A DNA stretch of 64,000 nt. Origin: Bryobacterales bacterium. GTDB lineage: Bacteria; Acidobacteriota; Terriglobia; Bryobacterales; UBA6623. Under the pieces are notes generated by a model. The model had not been told where the DNA came from. It was given only the letters and a program-made list of their open reading frames with translations, and made no database searches. Both the position numbers and the translations under genes were made by a program. The DNA lies in the NCBI GenBank assembly GCA_963422305.1, contig OY729422.1:4076696-4140695 (forward strand), in the 5' to 3' direction. Below are positions 1 to 9,696 of this stretch, piece by piece; the stretch's first letter is position 1, and each line of letters begins with the position of its first letter.

Positions 1-464
1 GAACGGCCCTGACAGGAATGAACGAAAGCCAGATCGTCCACCATCGAGCCCATGCAGGGAAACAACTCGGAAACATGCTTTCCGCATTCGCCGTACTGCT
101 TGAAGCTGAACGGGCTCTTCATCAAGGGTCCCGGGAACCCCTGGCGCACGCGCACCTTGCCTTTACCTGTCAACGGCTTGCCGTGATGCTTCTCAAGCAT
201 CGGCTTGTAATCAAAGCTGTCGACGTGACTGACGCCACCGCTCATGAACAGCGAGATCACCGCTTTGGCCCGCGGTCTGAAGTGGGGCTCGCGCGGCGCG
301 GTCGGCGAAGTGATCCCCGCCGTGTCGCAAGTCTTTTGCGAAGCGAGCAGACCTGCTCCTTGCAGCATGTGAGCCAGCGCGATGCCGCCGATGCCCTCTC
401 CGGCGCGGAACAAAAAGTCACGGCGCGAAACGAAGCGATCTTCAGTTGATGTAAACGAATTCAT
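1..464 (-). CDS. DUF1501-family protein (sulfatase-like fold, Tat-type leader); 5' part only, gene runs off the left edge
   Basis: Not in the ORF track because it has no stop in the window. My minus-strand translation from ATG at 464 gives MNSFTSTEDRFVSRRDFLFRAGEGIGGIALAHMLQ...PHFRPRAKAVISLFMSGGVSHVDSFDYKPMLEKHHGKPL. This shows an RRDFL Tat-like leader and the SGG.SH.D.FD motif typical of DUF1501. It overlaps the upstream DUF1553 gene by 23 nt, and DUF1549/1553 followed by DUF1501 is the canonical pairing. Confidence 0.8.
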   Translation of the reverse strand, partial: MNSFTSTEDRFVSRRDFLFRAGEGIGGIALAHMLQGAGLLASQKTCDTAGITSPTAPREPHFRPRAKAVISLFMSGGVSHVDSFDYKPMLEKHHGKPLTGKGKVRVRQGFPGPLMKSPFSFKQYGECGKHVSELFPCMGSMVDDLAFVHSCQGR

Positions 465-3000
465 TGAGGTTCAAAATCACGTCGCAAAGGTCGGTTAGAG
501 CGGCGGCTGCGTCGCCGCCGTGGAAACGCGTTTGCCGAGCCAGAAAGTCTCGATTCGCCGCCGACTCCGCCGCTGTCGGCTCTCTGCTCAGCGCAATGCG
601 GTACGCTTCGGCGATTTGCGCATCGGCGTTTTCCTTCGCGCCCGCCGCGCGTTCCGCGAAATAGCGCGCCTGCCGCAGCGTGAAGTCGTTATTGAGCAAG
701 GTCAGGGCTTGCGTCGGGACGGTGGTAGTCGTGCGCCGCTCGCAGGTCACGTTCATATTGGGCTGATCGAACACCTCGAACATCGGGTAGCGCAACCCGC
801 GCTTGCTGTAGATATAAACGCTGCGCCTCCACACCGCCGGACCCGGCTCGCTCATCTCCCATTTGCCCTTTAGAAAAGAGTCTCTCAATTCCTGCGGAAT
901 CGGCGGGAAGAATCCGGGTCCGCCGGCTTGCGGATTGAGCGTTCCGGCCGCCGCCAGGATCGAGTCGCGGATCGCCTCGCCTTCGAGCCGATGCCGCGGG
1001 TAGCGCCAGAGCAAGATATTCTCCGGGTCGGCTTCGCGGGCCTTTTCATCGTCGTGAACCGACGCCATGCGGTAAGCGTCGGAGTTCATGATCAGTCGAT
1101 GCAGCGCCTTGACGCTCCAGCCGCTGCGCACGAACTCGAGCGCCAGCCAATCGAGCAGTTCCGGATGAGAAGGCAGCTCACCCATGCGCCCGAAATTGCC
1201 GGCGGTAGTCACGATCCCGCGGCCGAAATGGTGCATCCAGATGCGGTTCGCCATCACGCGGGCCGTGAGCGGATTCTCTTCCGAAGCAATCCATTTCGCC
1301 AACGCCAGCCTTCGCCCGCTGGAAACGCGCCCGTCTTGCGGCGCGGCGGGAACGAACTTGCGCCCGCGGGCCAAGGCAGCGACGTATCCGGGCTCGACGG
1401 AGGCGCCTTTGTTGCGGTAGTCGGCGTTGGGCAGGAAATATGCCGTCGGCGGCTTGTACGGCTTGGCGGCAAGCCAACTCCCGGTCAACTCGCCGAAATC
1501 CTCGCGGTCGCCCTTGCCCGGCTGAACCTCATCGCCCAATCCGTTGGGAGCAAGACGGTAGTCCCCATCGCGGATACCCATAGCCAGAGGCAGCGGCTCC
1601 GGCATATCTTTCTCGATCTCGTCGATCTCGGCTTTGAGCGATTGGATTCGCGCGGCGGCGGCGTCCGACAGGACTTCTGCGACTCCGCCCACGCCGATCG
1701 ATTCCACCTGCGCGGCCAGCAGTTTCTGGCCTTCCGTGCGCCGGTTCTCGGGAGTTTTCACCGCTTCCTGTATCTCGACCGGAAACTTCAGCAATCTCTC
1801 GGCCCTGAGCCTCTGCCTGTATGGCTTCTCGATTTCGGCAATACGGCTCTTCAACGGTTTCGTACGGGCTTCGACGGCTTTCACAGCTTCTTCATACCGC
1901 TTCACCTCGTCAGGCGGGGCTAGAGGAAATTCATAGCGAATGTGGGGGAAGAAGACCGCCATCATGCGGTAGTAGTCCATCTGCTCGATGGGATCGAATT
2001 TGTGGTCGTGGCAGCGTGCGCAATCCACCGTCAGACCGAGGAAGGCGCGGCTGGTGGTAGCGATCATGTCGTCGAGATAGGTGTAGCGGTACTGCGGGTT
2101 GTCTTTTTCGCGGAATAGAACCCGCGGGCCGATGCGGTGCATGCCGGTGGCGATCAGCGCCGCGCCGCCGGCATTCTCGACTTCGTCGCCGGCAAGCTGT
2201 TCTTCGATGAACCGGTCGTAAGGCTTGTCTTCGTTGAACGATTGGATCACGTAATCGCGGTAGCGCCAAGCGTGGGGGTAGTCGTAGTCGTGCTCGTATC
2301 CCGAAGAATCCGCGTAGCGCACGACGTCCAGCCAATGACGGCCCCAACGCTCGCCGTAGCGCGGTGAGTCGAGCAACTCGTCGACGAGGTTGGCAAAGGC
2401 GTCCGGCGTATCGTCGGCGACAAATTTGTCGACCGCTTCGGGGGCAGGCGGAAGCCCGACGATATCCAGATAGGCGCGGCGGATGAGCGTGTGCTTGTCG
2501 GCGCGCGGCGCAGGCCGGATGCCCTTGCGCCGCAAGGCATCGAGCAGAAATCCGTCGATCGGAGACGCGGCGGCCGACTGCGGCGCGCGGCGCGCCGGGG
2601 GAACGAACGACCACCACGTTTTCTCTTCCGCCGCGCTCGCATCTTCCTGCCACTCTGCGCCTTCGTTAATCCAGCGCGCGACGATCTCGATCTGCTCTTT
2701 CGGAAGCGATTTGCCGAAGGGCATGACGGGCGTTTCGAGTCCCGTCAAGTGGCGGTAGAGACGGCTCTTGGCGGCGTCGCCGGGGACGATCGCCGGCCCG
2801 CGCTTGCCGCCTTTCAACAGCGCCTCGCGGCTGCCCAGATCAAGATCGGAGAGTTGCTGCTTCTCGCCGTGGCACTGCGCACACTCCTGCTCGAAGATCG
2901 GAGCGACATCGCGGGCGAAGCGAACCGTGGCCGCGCCCGAGGCCGGAGTGAAAGCGCTCGCTCCGCAAAATGCAACGAACATCATCGTCAAGCGTTTCAT
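442..3000 (-). CDS. PSCyt / DUF1549 / DUF1553 domain protein (planctomycete-type cytochrome c domain protein)
   Basis: 852-aa ORF with a signal peptide (MKRLTMMFVAFCGASAF). It has an N-terminal CAQCH heme-type motif with a ...MPFGKSLPKEQIEIVARWINEGA context. The central segment DSPRYGERWGRHWLDVVRYADS resembles DUF1549, and the C-terminal third resembles DUF1553. Confidence 0.9.
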   Translation of the reverse strand: MKRLTMMFVAFCGASAFTPASGAATVRFARDVAPIFEQECAQCHGEKQQLSDLDLGSREALLKGGKRGPAIVPGDAAKSRLYRHLTGLETPVMPFGKSLPKEQIEIVARWINEGAEWQEDASAAEEKTWWSFVPPARRAPQSAAASPIDGFLLDALRRKGIRPAPRADKHTLIRRAYLDIVGLPPAPEAVDKFVADDTPDAFANLVDELLDSPRYGERWGRHWLDVVRYADSSGYEHDYDYPHAWRYRDYVIQSFNEDKPYDRFIEEQLAGDEVENAGGAALIATGMHRIGPRVLFREKDNPQYRYTYLDDMIATTSRAFLGLTVDCARCHDHKFDPIEQMDYYRMMAVFFPHIRYEFPLAPPDEVKRYEEAVKAVEARTKPLKSRIAEIEKPYRQRLRAERLLKFPVEIQEAVKTPENRRTEGQKLLAAQVESIGVGGVAEVLSDAAAARIQSLKAEIDEIEKDMPEPLPLAMGIRDGDYRLAPNGLGDEVQPGKGDREDFGELTGSWLAAKPYKPPTAYFLPNADYRNKGASVEPGYVAALARGRKFVPAAPQDGRVSSGRRLALAKWIASEENPLTARVMANRIWMHHFGRGIVTTAGNFGRMGELPSHPELLDWLALEFVRSGWSVKALHRLIMNSDAYRMASVHDDEKAREADPENILLWRYPRHRLEGEAIRDSILAAAGTLNPQAGGPGFFPPIPQELRDSFLKGKWEMSEPGPAVWRRSVYIYSKRGLRYPMFEVFDQPNMNVTCERRTTTTVPTQALTLLNNDFTLRQARYFAERAAGAKENADAQIAEAYRIALSREPTAAESAANRDFLARQTRFHGGDAAAALTDLCDVILNLNEFVYIN

Positions 3001-3103
3001 AAGGCCGTTCCCGCGTCATTCGCAGTGTAGTCCCCTTCCCGCTCAGCGGTCAATACTTCTTGCGCAACTATTTTTTAAAGGCAGGTCGAACCGCGCGGGG
3101 AAT

Positions 3104-4303
3104 TCAGTCCTTCAGAGACTCGTAAACCATCTTTAGGAACTCGCCGCGCAGCGCCGCTTTGCGCTTGCCGCCCCCTGGATAGAGCTGCGTGGCGAATATC
3201 ACAACCATTTCCCTTTCGGGGTCGAGCCAAAACCGTGTTCCGGCGGCGCCGCCCCAACCGTACAGATTTCCCGATCTGCCGGGAACCGGGTCGATGCCAA
3301 AGCCGAAGCCAAACTTGGGTTCGGGCTGCGGCTGATGATTTTTCAGCATCAGCGCCACGGTTTCGCCCGTAACGATGCCGGCGCCGCCATTGAGCAGCAT
3401 CTGCGCGAATCGGAAATAGTCCTCTCCTGTGGACGCCAAGCCGCCGCCGCCCGAGAGAAACGTCGCGGGACGGGTGAAGTCACGGTTCCGGCGTCCGGCG
3501 GCTGATAACGCCTCGGCATCCGCGTGCGTGAGGGAATCGTTCGCATCCGGAGTGTAGATTTTCGCCAGACGCGGCAAATTTTCCCTGCGAACATAAAAAC
3601 CGGTGGCATGCATTCCAAGCGGCTTGAATATCCGCTGTTCGAGATACCTGTCGAGCGGTCGGCCCGAGACAACTTCAATGACGCGCCCGAGCACGTCGGT
3701 CGAATAGCCGTAGTTCCATCGCTCGCCGGGTCGATGCTTGAGCGGCAGTCCCGCGAGGACATCGACCAGGGCGGCAATATCCTTTGTTTTGTGCGTCTCG
3801 GCTTTGCGGTAGAGAACATCCACCGGGTCGTCGGCAAAAAACCCGTAGGTCAGCCCCGATGTATGGGTCAGCAGATGGCGGATCGTCATATCCCGCCCGA
3901 CCGCAACCCGCTTGCCGTCTTCAAGAACATCGAGGCCGCCGAGTTGGGGTAGATATTTGGAAACGGGGTCGTCGAGGGAGAGCTTGCCTTCTTCGACCAG
4001 AATCATCGCCGCAACACTGACGATCGGCTTGCTCATCGAGAATATGCGCACAATCGTGTCGACCTTCATCGGCAGACCGGCTTCGCGGTCACGCTGCCCC
4101 CATGCTTCGAAGTAAGCGATCTTGCCGCGGCGGGCGGCCAGCCCGAAGCCGCCGATCATGCGCTCTTCGGCGATCCGTTGCCGCATAACTTCGTCGATCG
4201 CGGCGAGCTTCTCGGGGTCGAAGCTGACATTTTCGGGCGAGATATTGGGCGCCGCGGCCGTTAAGAAAACGAGCAGGAACGAGGCTGTCTTGAGTTTGAG
4301 CAT
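3104..4303 (-). CDS. Serine hydrolase, beta-lactamase (class C-like) family
   Basis: 399 aa with an N-terminal signal peptide. S-x-x-K active-site motif (FSMSKPI), HLLTHTSGL, and the length typical of this family. Confidence 0.85.
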   Translation of the reverse strand: MLKLKTASFLLVFLTAAAPNISPENVSFDPEKLAAIDEVMRQRIAEERMIGGFGLAARRGKIAYFEAWGQRDREAGLPMKVDTIVRIFSMSKPIVSVAAMILVEEGKLSLDDPVSKYLPQLGGLDVLEDGKRVAVGRDMTIRHLLTHTSGLTYGFFADDPVDVLYRKAETHKTKDIAALVDVLAGLPLKHRPGERWNYGYSTDVLGRVIEVVSGRPLDRYLEQRIFKPLGMHATGFYVRRENLPRLAKIYTPDANDSLTHADAEALSAAGRRNRDFTRPATFLSGGGGLASTGEDYFRFAQMLLNGGAGIVTGETVALMLKNHQPQPEPKFGFGFGIDPVPGRSGNLYGWGGAAGTRFWLDPEREMVVIFATQLYPGGGKRKAALRGEFLKMVYESLKD

Positions 4304-4318
4304 GGGTCGCTGAACAGC

Positions 4319-5347
4319 TTACCACTCAATCAACGGCTTGATGACGCCGTCGCGGTAAGACTCCATCATCTCGAAAGCCTCCTGGCCTTTCTCCAGCGGA
4401 AAGCGGTGGCTGATGATTGAGTCGGAGCGGATCGCGCCCCGCTTCATCAACTCAAGGGCATCGTGGTCGTTGCCGTTGGAGCGCCGCTGCACCTTGATTG
4501 TCGCTTCGACGTCCATGGCGCGCCAGAAATCGACCGGCACAGGCGATGCGGACGGAATGCCGATTAGCACCAAGCACCCGCCGGGGCGCAGGCAGTTCAG
4601 CGCGTTGCGGATCGAGTCGGGCTTGCCTGCGGCGTCGAACACGACGTGTACGCCGAATTGCGTCAGATCCATGACGGCGTCGACGGGCGATTCCTTATCG
4701 ATGTTCACGGCGGCGTCCGCGCCGATATCTCGAGCGCGCCTGAGGCGGTGCTCGATGCGGTCGGTAACGACCACCTTCGCCGCCCCGCAAAGCTTCGACA
4801 CTGCAACCGCCAGCAGGCCGATCGGCCCCGCGCCCATCACGGCGACCGACTCGCCCAGGCGCAGATCGGCCAACTCCATCGAATGCAGCAGCACAGCCAG
4901 AGGCTCCACGAACGCAGCGTCGGCGAAGGTCATTCCGACAGGCATCGCGAGCAAGTTGCGACGCGGCATCACGGCGTATTCGCGCAGCGCCCCGGGCACG
5001 TCGCCGCCTAAAAACAAACCGTGCAGCGCCTTGTTCGGATGGCCCGTGCGAGTGAACTCGCATTCTTCGCGCACGATCGCCGGTTCGACGGCCACCTTCG
5101 TTCCGACGGGAAGATCCGCGACATCCCGGCCCACTGCGAGCACCTCACCGGCCGGCTCGTGGCAAAGTACGCGCGGGTAGTCGGCGGGGCGTCCGGCGAT
5201 GACGCCTTCGCTGAAAAAATGCATGTCGCTGCCGCAAACACCGGTCGAGCGCAGCCTGACGAGCGCTTCGTCCGGCCCCGGGTCGGGCGGGTTGGGCAAT
5301 TCGCCCATTTCGAGTCTTCGCTGCGCAACGAGCTTGAGAGCTTTCAT
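4319..5347 (-). CDS. Zn-dependent medium-chain dehydrogenase/reductase (sorbitol/threonine dehydrogenase-like)
   Basis: MKALKL... start chosen at the internal ATG (5347), because the ORF-track extension is Arg-rich and non-coding-looking. Motifs seen: GVCGSDMH, HEPAGEV, and the GAGPIGL Rossmann motif. Confidence 0.85.
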   Translation of the reverse strand: MKALKLVAQRRLEMGELPNPPDPGPDEALVRLRSTGVCGSDMHFFSEGVIAGRPADYPRVLCHEPAGEVLAVGRDVADLPVGTKVAVEPAIVREECEFTRTGHPNKALHGLFLGGDVPGALREYAVMPRRNLLAMPVGMTFADAAFVEPLAVLLHSMELADLRLGESVAVMGAGPIGLLAVAVSKLCGAAKVVVTDRIEHRLRRARDIGADAAVNIDKESPVDAVMDLTQFGVHVVFDAAGKPDSIRNALNCLRPGGCLVLIGIPSASPVPVDFWRAMDVEATIKVQRRSNGNDHDALELMKRGAIRSDSIISHRFPLEKGQEAFEMMESYRDGVIKPLIEW

Positions 5348-5411
5348 CGGTCGAACGAAACCCCTGCCGCGGCGGGAGAGCCGGCCGCAACCCGTTATGG
5401 TAATCAAGTCA

Positions 5412-6416
5412 TCAGAGAGAACGCGACTCCGAACCGGCGCCGACCCGTGCAACGCCTTGCGTCACCGCAAACCCCAGAGCGATAAGAGCAAGCGAGACGC
5501 CGACTTGTCCGGCGCTCGGGTCGAACCGCCTGAGGGGGTAGTCCTCGGCGTTCAACTCGGCGATCCGTTCGGATGTCATGACCCGGCCCTTGACGATATC
5601 GCCGGGCGCCGGCGCTACTCCGGCTCGAAACGGCCACAGCCCGAGGACAGCTGCGAGCAACAGCCCCAACAGCAGCCCCAGAGTCAATGATCGATAGCGG
5701 ACCAGCAAATAGCGGATCGCATTGCTGACCGCCGCCGCGCCGACCGCGCCGCCGAGCCCGACCGGCACAAAGACGTGCAGCGCGTCGAAGACAAGCTCCC
5801 ATTGCGGGCCGCCCGTCTGCAGCAACGCGGCCTTGGCTTGGTCGATGGCCCCCAAGATGGTCAGGTATTGACCGAGCACGAGCAGCAAATAACCTCCCGA
5901 TATGCCCGGTAGGATCATCGCCGACACGCCGGCAACCCCGGAAGCGAAAAGCAGTCCGTACGAGCGTTCCTCACCGCCGGCGGCGGCCGGTTGAGCCGAC
6001 GCCGTCCAGATCATGACAGCCATGCCGACGGCCGCCCCAACCCAGACCCGTAAATCCATCGACCCGATGAGTTGCCTGACGACGGGGACCCCGCCCAACG
6101 TGAGACCGATAAAGAGACTGAACATCGCCCAGCGATGATCGACGACCAAGCCCTTCAACAAACCTGCGAAAAGCATGATCGCAAGCGCAGCCGCGCCAAC
6201 GATCGCCGCCAACAGCGCCATCGAGCGCGGACGGAACCTGAAGGCGGTCAGATCGGCGATGCCGTCGACGAAGCGCGGATAGACCCCGGCCGCGAGTAGC
6301 ATCGTTCCTCCCGAAATGCCCGGCACGAGATTGGCCAGCCCCATCAACAGGCCGCCCAGTACGGCGCGCGGCAACTCTGCCGGCGGCGGTTGTCCATCTT
6401 CGAGAGTTAGAGACAT
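5412..6416 (-). CDS. DUF368-family integral membrane protein (family recently linked to polyprenyl-phosphate recycling)
   Basis: The motif GLANLVPGISGGTMLLAAG is repeated later as ILPGISGGYLLLVLG, the characteristic DUF368 duplicated motif. The protein is polytopic. The start is taken at MSLTLEDG (6416). Confidence 0.8.
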   Translation of the reverse strand: MSLTLEDGQPPPAELPRAVLGGLLMGLANLVPGISGGTMLLAAGVYPRFVDGIADLTAFRFRPRSMALLAAIVGAAALAIMLFAGLLKGLVVDHRWAMFSLFIGLTLGGVPVVRQLIGSMDLRVWVGAAVGMAVMIWTASAQPAAAGGEERSYGLLFASGVAGVSAMILPGISGGYLLLVLGQYLTILGAIDQAKAALLQTGGPQWELVFDALHVFVPVGLGGAVGAAAVSNAIRYLLVRYRSLTLGLLLGLLLAAVLGLWPFRAGVAPAPGDIVKGRVMTSERIAELNAEDYPLRRFDPSAGQVGVSLALIALGFAVTQGVARVGAGSESRSL

Positions 6417-6489
6417 GCGGAATAGGGGACGGCTGCGCCTCCGTAAATCCGGTGCGCGGCCGATACGCGTTCCCAAAATTCCAATGCGG

Positions 6490-7035
6490 CTACCGGCCGC
6501 TATCGATCGACCGCGAGGCATGAACCGGCGACGACTTGGCGGCAGTCGGCGCAGCCGGGGGTTTATAGAGCGTCACCAGGCATCCACCGAGCGCCGCCAG
6601 TGCAATCCCTGCGAAAAACTGCCAGCGAACCGATGCCAAGCCGGCGGCGGGCGGATGCTGCCCGATCGAAACCACCGCGTTGACCACGGGAGCCCCGGCA
6701 AAGACGATCGACATCACCACGACGGGCGACCCCTTGGCGCCGAAAGCCAGCAGGATGCAAAACGCCCCGACAGCGCCGCACGATCCGGCGATCAGCGAGA
6801 ACGCAGCGCCCTTGACGGGAATGTTCCAGTCCGAGCCCGAGAACAGCATCATCGCCAGCGGCGCAAGCACCGCGATCAGAAAATACGCGATGCCTACGAA
6901 CAAAAACGACTTATAACGGCCGTTCACCGGGTCGGCCATGTTCATCTGACCACTGTGCAGGAATACGCCGTAAACTCCGAACGACGCAACCGTGACCAAC
7001 ACGAATGCCAGCCAACCCATTCCCGCTTGGTTCAT
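6490..7035 (-). CDS. Small polytopic membrane protein, unknown function
   Basis: 181 aa with about 5 hydrophobic helices and coding-like composition. It is co-directional with and tightly spaced between its neighbours. I did not recognise a family. Confidence 0.55.
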   Translation of the reverse strand: MNQAGMGWLAFVLVTVASFGVYGVFLHSGQMNMADPVNGRYKSFLFVGIAYFLIAVLAPLAMMLFSGSDWNIPVKGAAFSLIAGSCGAVGAFCILLAFGAKGSPVVVMSIVFAGAPVVNAVVSIGQHPPAAGLASVRWQFFAGIALAALGGCLVTLYKPPAAPTAAKSSPVHASRSIDSGR

Positions 7036-7108
7036 CTCAATTCATCTCCTTTGCCCAAAAACGTACGAGGATAGCAGGTTGAGTCCCGGGCGGCCTGCGG
7101 CAGAGGCG

Positions 7109-8402
7109 TCAGGCCTGCCTGCGGGAGTCGAAATCCCATTTCACAAATTCGCCGCGGCTTGCCGAGTCGTTGATCAGATGCGCGCACGATGCGGCGTGGT
7201 GGCCGGCCCATTCGTCTTGGACGGTCTTAGCGCGCTTCCTGACCGACTCGAAGAAATGCTCGAAATGAAGCACGGTAGCGTCGGTTTTTCCGCCCCCCAT
7301 AAATTCTTCTTGCGTCTTGGCGGCGCGCTTCGCCCGTTCGGCCTTGCCGGCCGCGGATTCGTAGTAAGCCGCTTCGAGCTTCGAGGGCCATGCCTTGACT
7401 ATCCATGTGTTGTTCTCACGCACGTTCTCCGGGGTGAAAACCGCCCCGCGGAACCCGAGGCGATGCCGAGCCTTCCGTTCCCAAAAACTGAAATCCTGCC
7501 CCGCCGTCGCCGCGGTTGTTGAACGTCGAGCTGAGATTCGCCGTGAAGCCCTGCGGATAGCGCATCACTGCATTGAGGGTGTCCGCAACGTCGCGGCTTT
7601 CCTTCCAGCGATAGAGATCGCCCATCGCCGCGACTTCGGCAGGCATGACAGCGTCCATCACGAAATGAATTGTCGTGCAGAGATGAACAAATAGATCCGT
7701 AGCGATCCCGCCGGAGTAATCGCGGTAGCAGCGCCAGCGGAAAAACCGCTCAAGATCGAATTCATGGGGCGCGGCCGACCCTAGAAAAGCTTCCCAGTCG
7801 ACGGTTTTCGGGGAAGCGTCGGGCGGGATGGGATAGATCCAAGACCCGCTTGCGCTGTTGCGATTGTAGCTTGCGCGGATCATGGTGACCTGGCCGAGCT
7901 TGCCGCTCCGGACCCATTCGCGAACCTTATGCTGGTTTTCGCCGCTCATTCCTTGGCTGCCTACCTGCAGCAGCTTGCCGGTTCGTTTGACCGCCTTGGC
8001 AATCTCCAGACCCTCATCGACGGTGTAAGTCAGGGGTTTTTCGCAGTAAACGTCCTTGCCGGCCTCCAGCGCCTCGATCACCATCCGCTTGTGCCAGTGA
8101 TCGGGAGCGGCCACGGTAACGACGTCGATCGACGGATCGGCAAGGATGTCTTTGTAGCCGGCGAAGACTTTCGCGCGGCCCTCAGTGCGCTCGACGGTGC
8201 GTTCGACCCGACCGGAATACGCGTCGCAGAGGCCGGCGATCTCCGTGCCGGGAATTTTTTTAATCGCTTCGAGCAACTCCTGAGCCCGCGATCCTACGGC
8301 AATCATTCCTACGGTGACGCGGTCGCTGGGCGGGGTGGACTGAGCCTGTGCCAAAACACCGGCCCCTGCGCCTAGAAAAATTCGTCGTGAAACCTTCGCC
8401 AT
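7109..8402 (-). pseudogene. Gfo/Idh/MocA-family oxidoreductase with Tat signal, split by one frameshift (pseudogene or assembly indel)
   Basis: The N-terminal ORF (to 7416) reads MAKVSRRIFLGAGAGVLAQAQS (twin-arginine) followed by a Rossmann fold, ending ...GFQFLGTEGSASPRVPRGGFHPGERA*. The second frame (7109..7423 ORF) continues as ...LGFRGAVFTPENVRENNTWIVKAWP...HFEHFFESVRKRAKTVQDEWAGHHAASCAHLIN, which is the family-typical C-terminus. The frame switch lies somewhere in 7425-7470. Confidence 0.6.
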
Positions 8403-8461
8403 CGCTTTTTCTCCCTCGAATATGCTCAATAATACTGTGTCGGAGCGGCGCGCGACGGCGG

Positions 8462-9454
8462 CTACCGCCCGCCGGTTGCGGAAACCAATTCCAACTCGCG
8501 GTCGATGACGGCCGTGAAGACGTCGAGCGGTTGGGCGCCCGACAGCAGGACTCCGTTAATCATAAACGCCGGCGTGCCGCTGATGCCGAACGATTCTGCT
8601 TCGGCGGCATCGGCATCGACCATCGATTTGAATTTTCCAGAGTCCAGGCAGGTCTGGAAGACCTGCCTGTCCAGCTTCAGCTTCGCGGAGAGCAGGTCAT
8701 GAAGATCGTTAGAAATCTTCTCGTTCTGAAAAAGCGCCTCGCGGTACTGCCAGAACTTGCCCTGCTCGCCGGCGCAGCGGGCGGCTTCGGCGGCCTTGCG
8801 CGCCGCTGGATGGATGCTGACCAGCGGGAGATCTTTGAACGACCAACGGATCTTGTCGCCGTAGCGCTCTTGCAGCGCCGCCAGCGTCGGCTGCACACGC
8901 CGGCAGAAAGAACATTGAAAATCGGAGAACTCCACGATCGTCACCGGGGCGTTCTCGGGGCCGCGCTTCGGAGCCTTCGACAGATCGACCGGCAGCCGCG
9001 GCGGGTTTAACGCAATCTTGACGTCCGCCGCCGCCCGCAGTTTCTCGACATAAGCTTGCCGCACCGCCTGATACCGGCTGTCTTTGAGTAAATCCGCAAT
9101 TTGACCGCGCACCTCGTCCAGCGGCCGCCGGATGCGCGTCTTTTGCTGCCCGTAAAACGCCTCAATCTCGGCTTCGGATGCGTCGTCGATGTGAAAATTG
9201 ACCTCGGCGTCGAGCAGCGCCTGCAGACTTACCCCGCGTCTCTCGGCTTCGCCTCTGAGCAGCCTGTCCGCAATCGCGGCTTCCAGCGCTTGCATACGCA
9301 GTCGATAAATCTGCCGCTCGAGGTCGATCAACTCGCCCTCGATCTTCAGGTTGCTTTCGTAGATCGGCCTGCCGTCGACAACGGCGAGGGCTTCGCCGCC
9401 CTGAGCCGCGACGAGCACCGGCAGACCGAGTAAAAGGACAAGGCGCACCAGCAT
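8462..9454 (-). CDS. Secreted DsbA/thioredoxin-family thiol:disulfide oxidoreductase with SurA-N-like N-terminal domain
   Basis: Signal peptide MLVRLVLLLGLPVLVAAQG. C-terminal thioredoxin fold with a CSFC (CxxC) motif in the context IVEFSDFQCSFCRR. Confidence 0.85.
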   Translation of the reverse strand: MLVRLVLLLGLPVLVAAQGGEALAVVDGRPIYESNLKIEGELIDLERQIYRLRMQALEAAIADRLLRGEAERRGVSLQALLDAEVNFHIDDASEAEIEAFYGQQKTRIRRPLDEVRGQIADLLKDSRYQAVRQAYVEKLRAAADVKIALNPPRLPVDLSKAPKRGPENAPVTIVEFSDFQCSFCRRVQPTLAALQERYGDKIRWSFKDLPLVSIHPAARKAAEAARCAGEQGKFWQYREALFQNEKISNDLHDLLSAKLKLDRQVFQTCLDSGKFKSMVDADAAEAESFGISGTPAFMINGVLLSGAQPLDVFTAVIDRELELVSATGGR

Positions 9455-9552
9455 ATGGACTTATTGTACGCCTTGAGTGAATCTACCGGGGGCGCTTGGC
9501 GCAGAGGAGTCGTTCAAGCTAAATTGAAAGTATCCGTATGTTTACCGGCCGG

Positions 9553-9582
9553 TTGAGCATGCGTCGAAATTTAGGTTAGATT
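9553..9582 (+). promoter_or_regulatory. Candidate sigma70-like promoter for the ABC/GldG-like operon
   Basis: TTGAGC (9553-9558), an 18-nt spacer, then TAGATT (9577-9582), in an AT-richer spacer 115 nt upstream of the ATPase ATG. This rests on hexamer matching only. Confidence 0.25.
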
Positions 9583-9696
9583 AGAATTCTTCATTTATCA
9601 GACCCAACGGATCGATCGACGGGAGTTTGCGTTCCATCGTGAACATCCGGAGCGAGATTGCGCAGGGGCTCCGAAGTGATAGGTTCAGCCAGCACT

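Noticed and set aside
18-449. 143-aa plus-strand ORF at the left edge
   Set aside because: It is antisense to the DUF1501 gene, whose minus-strand translation shows the family signature. The plus-frame product has no recognisable features.
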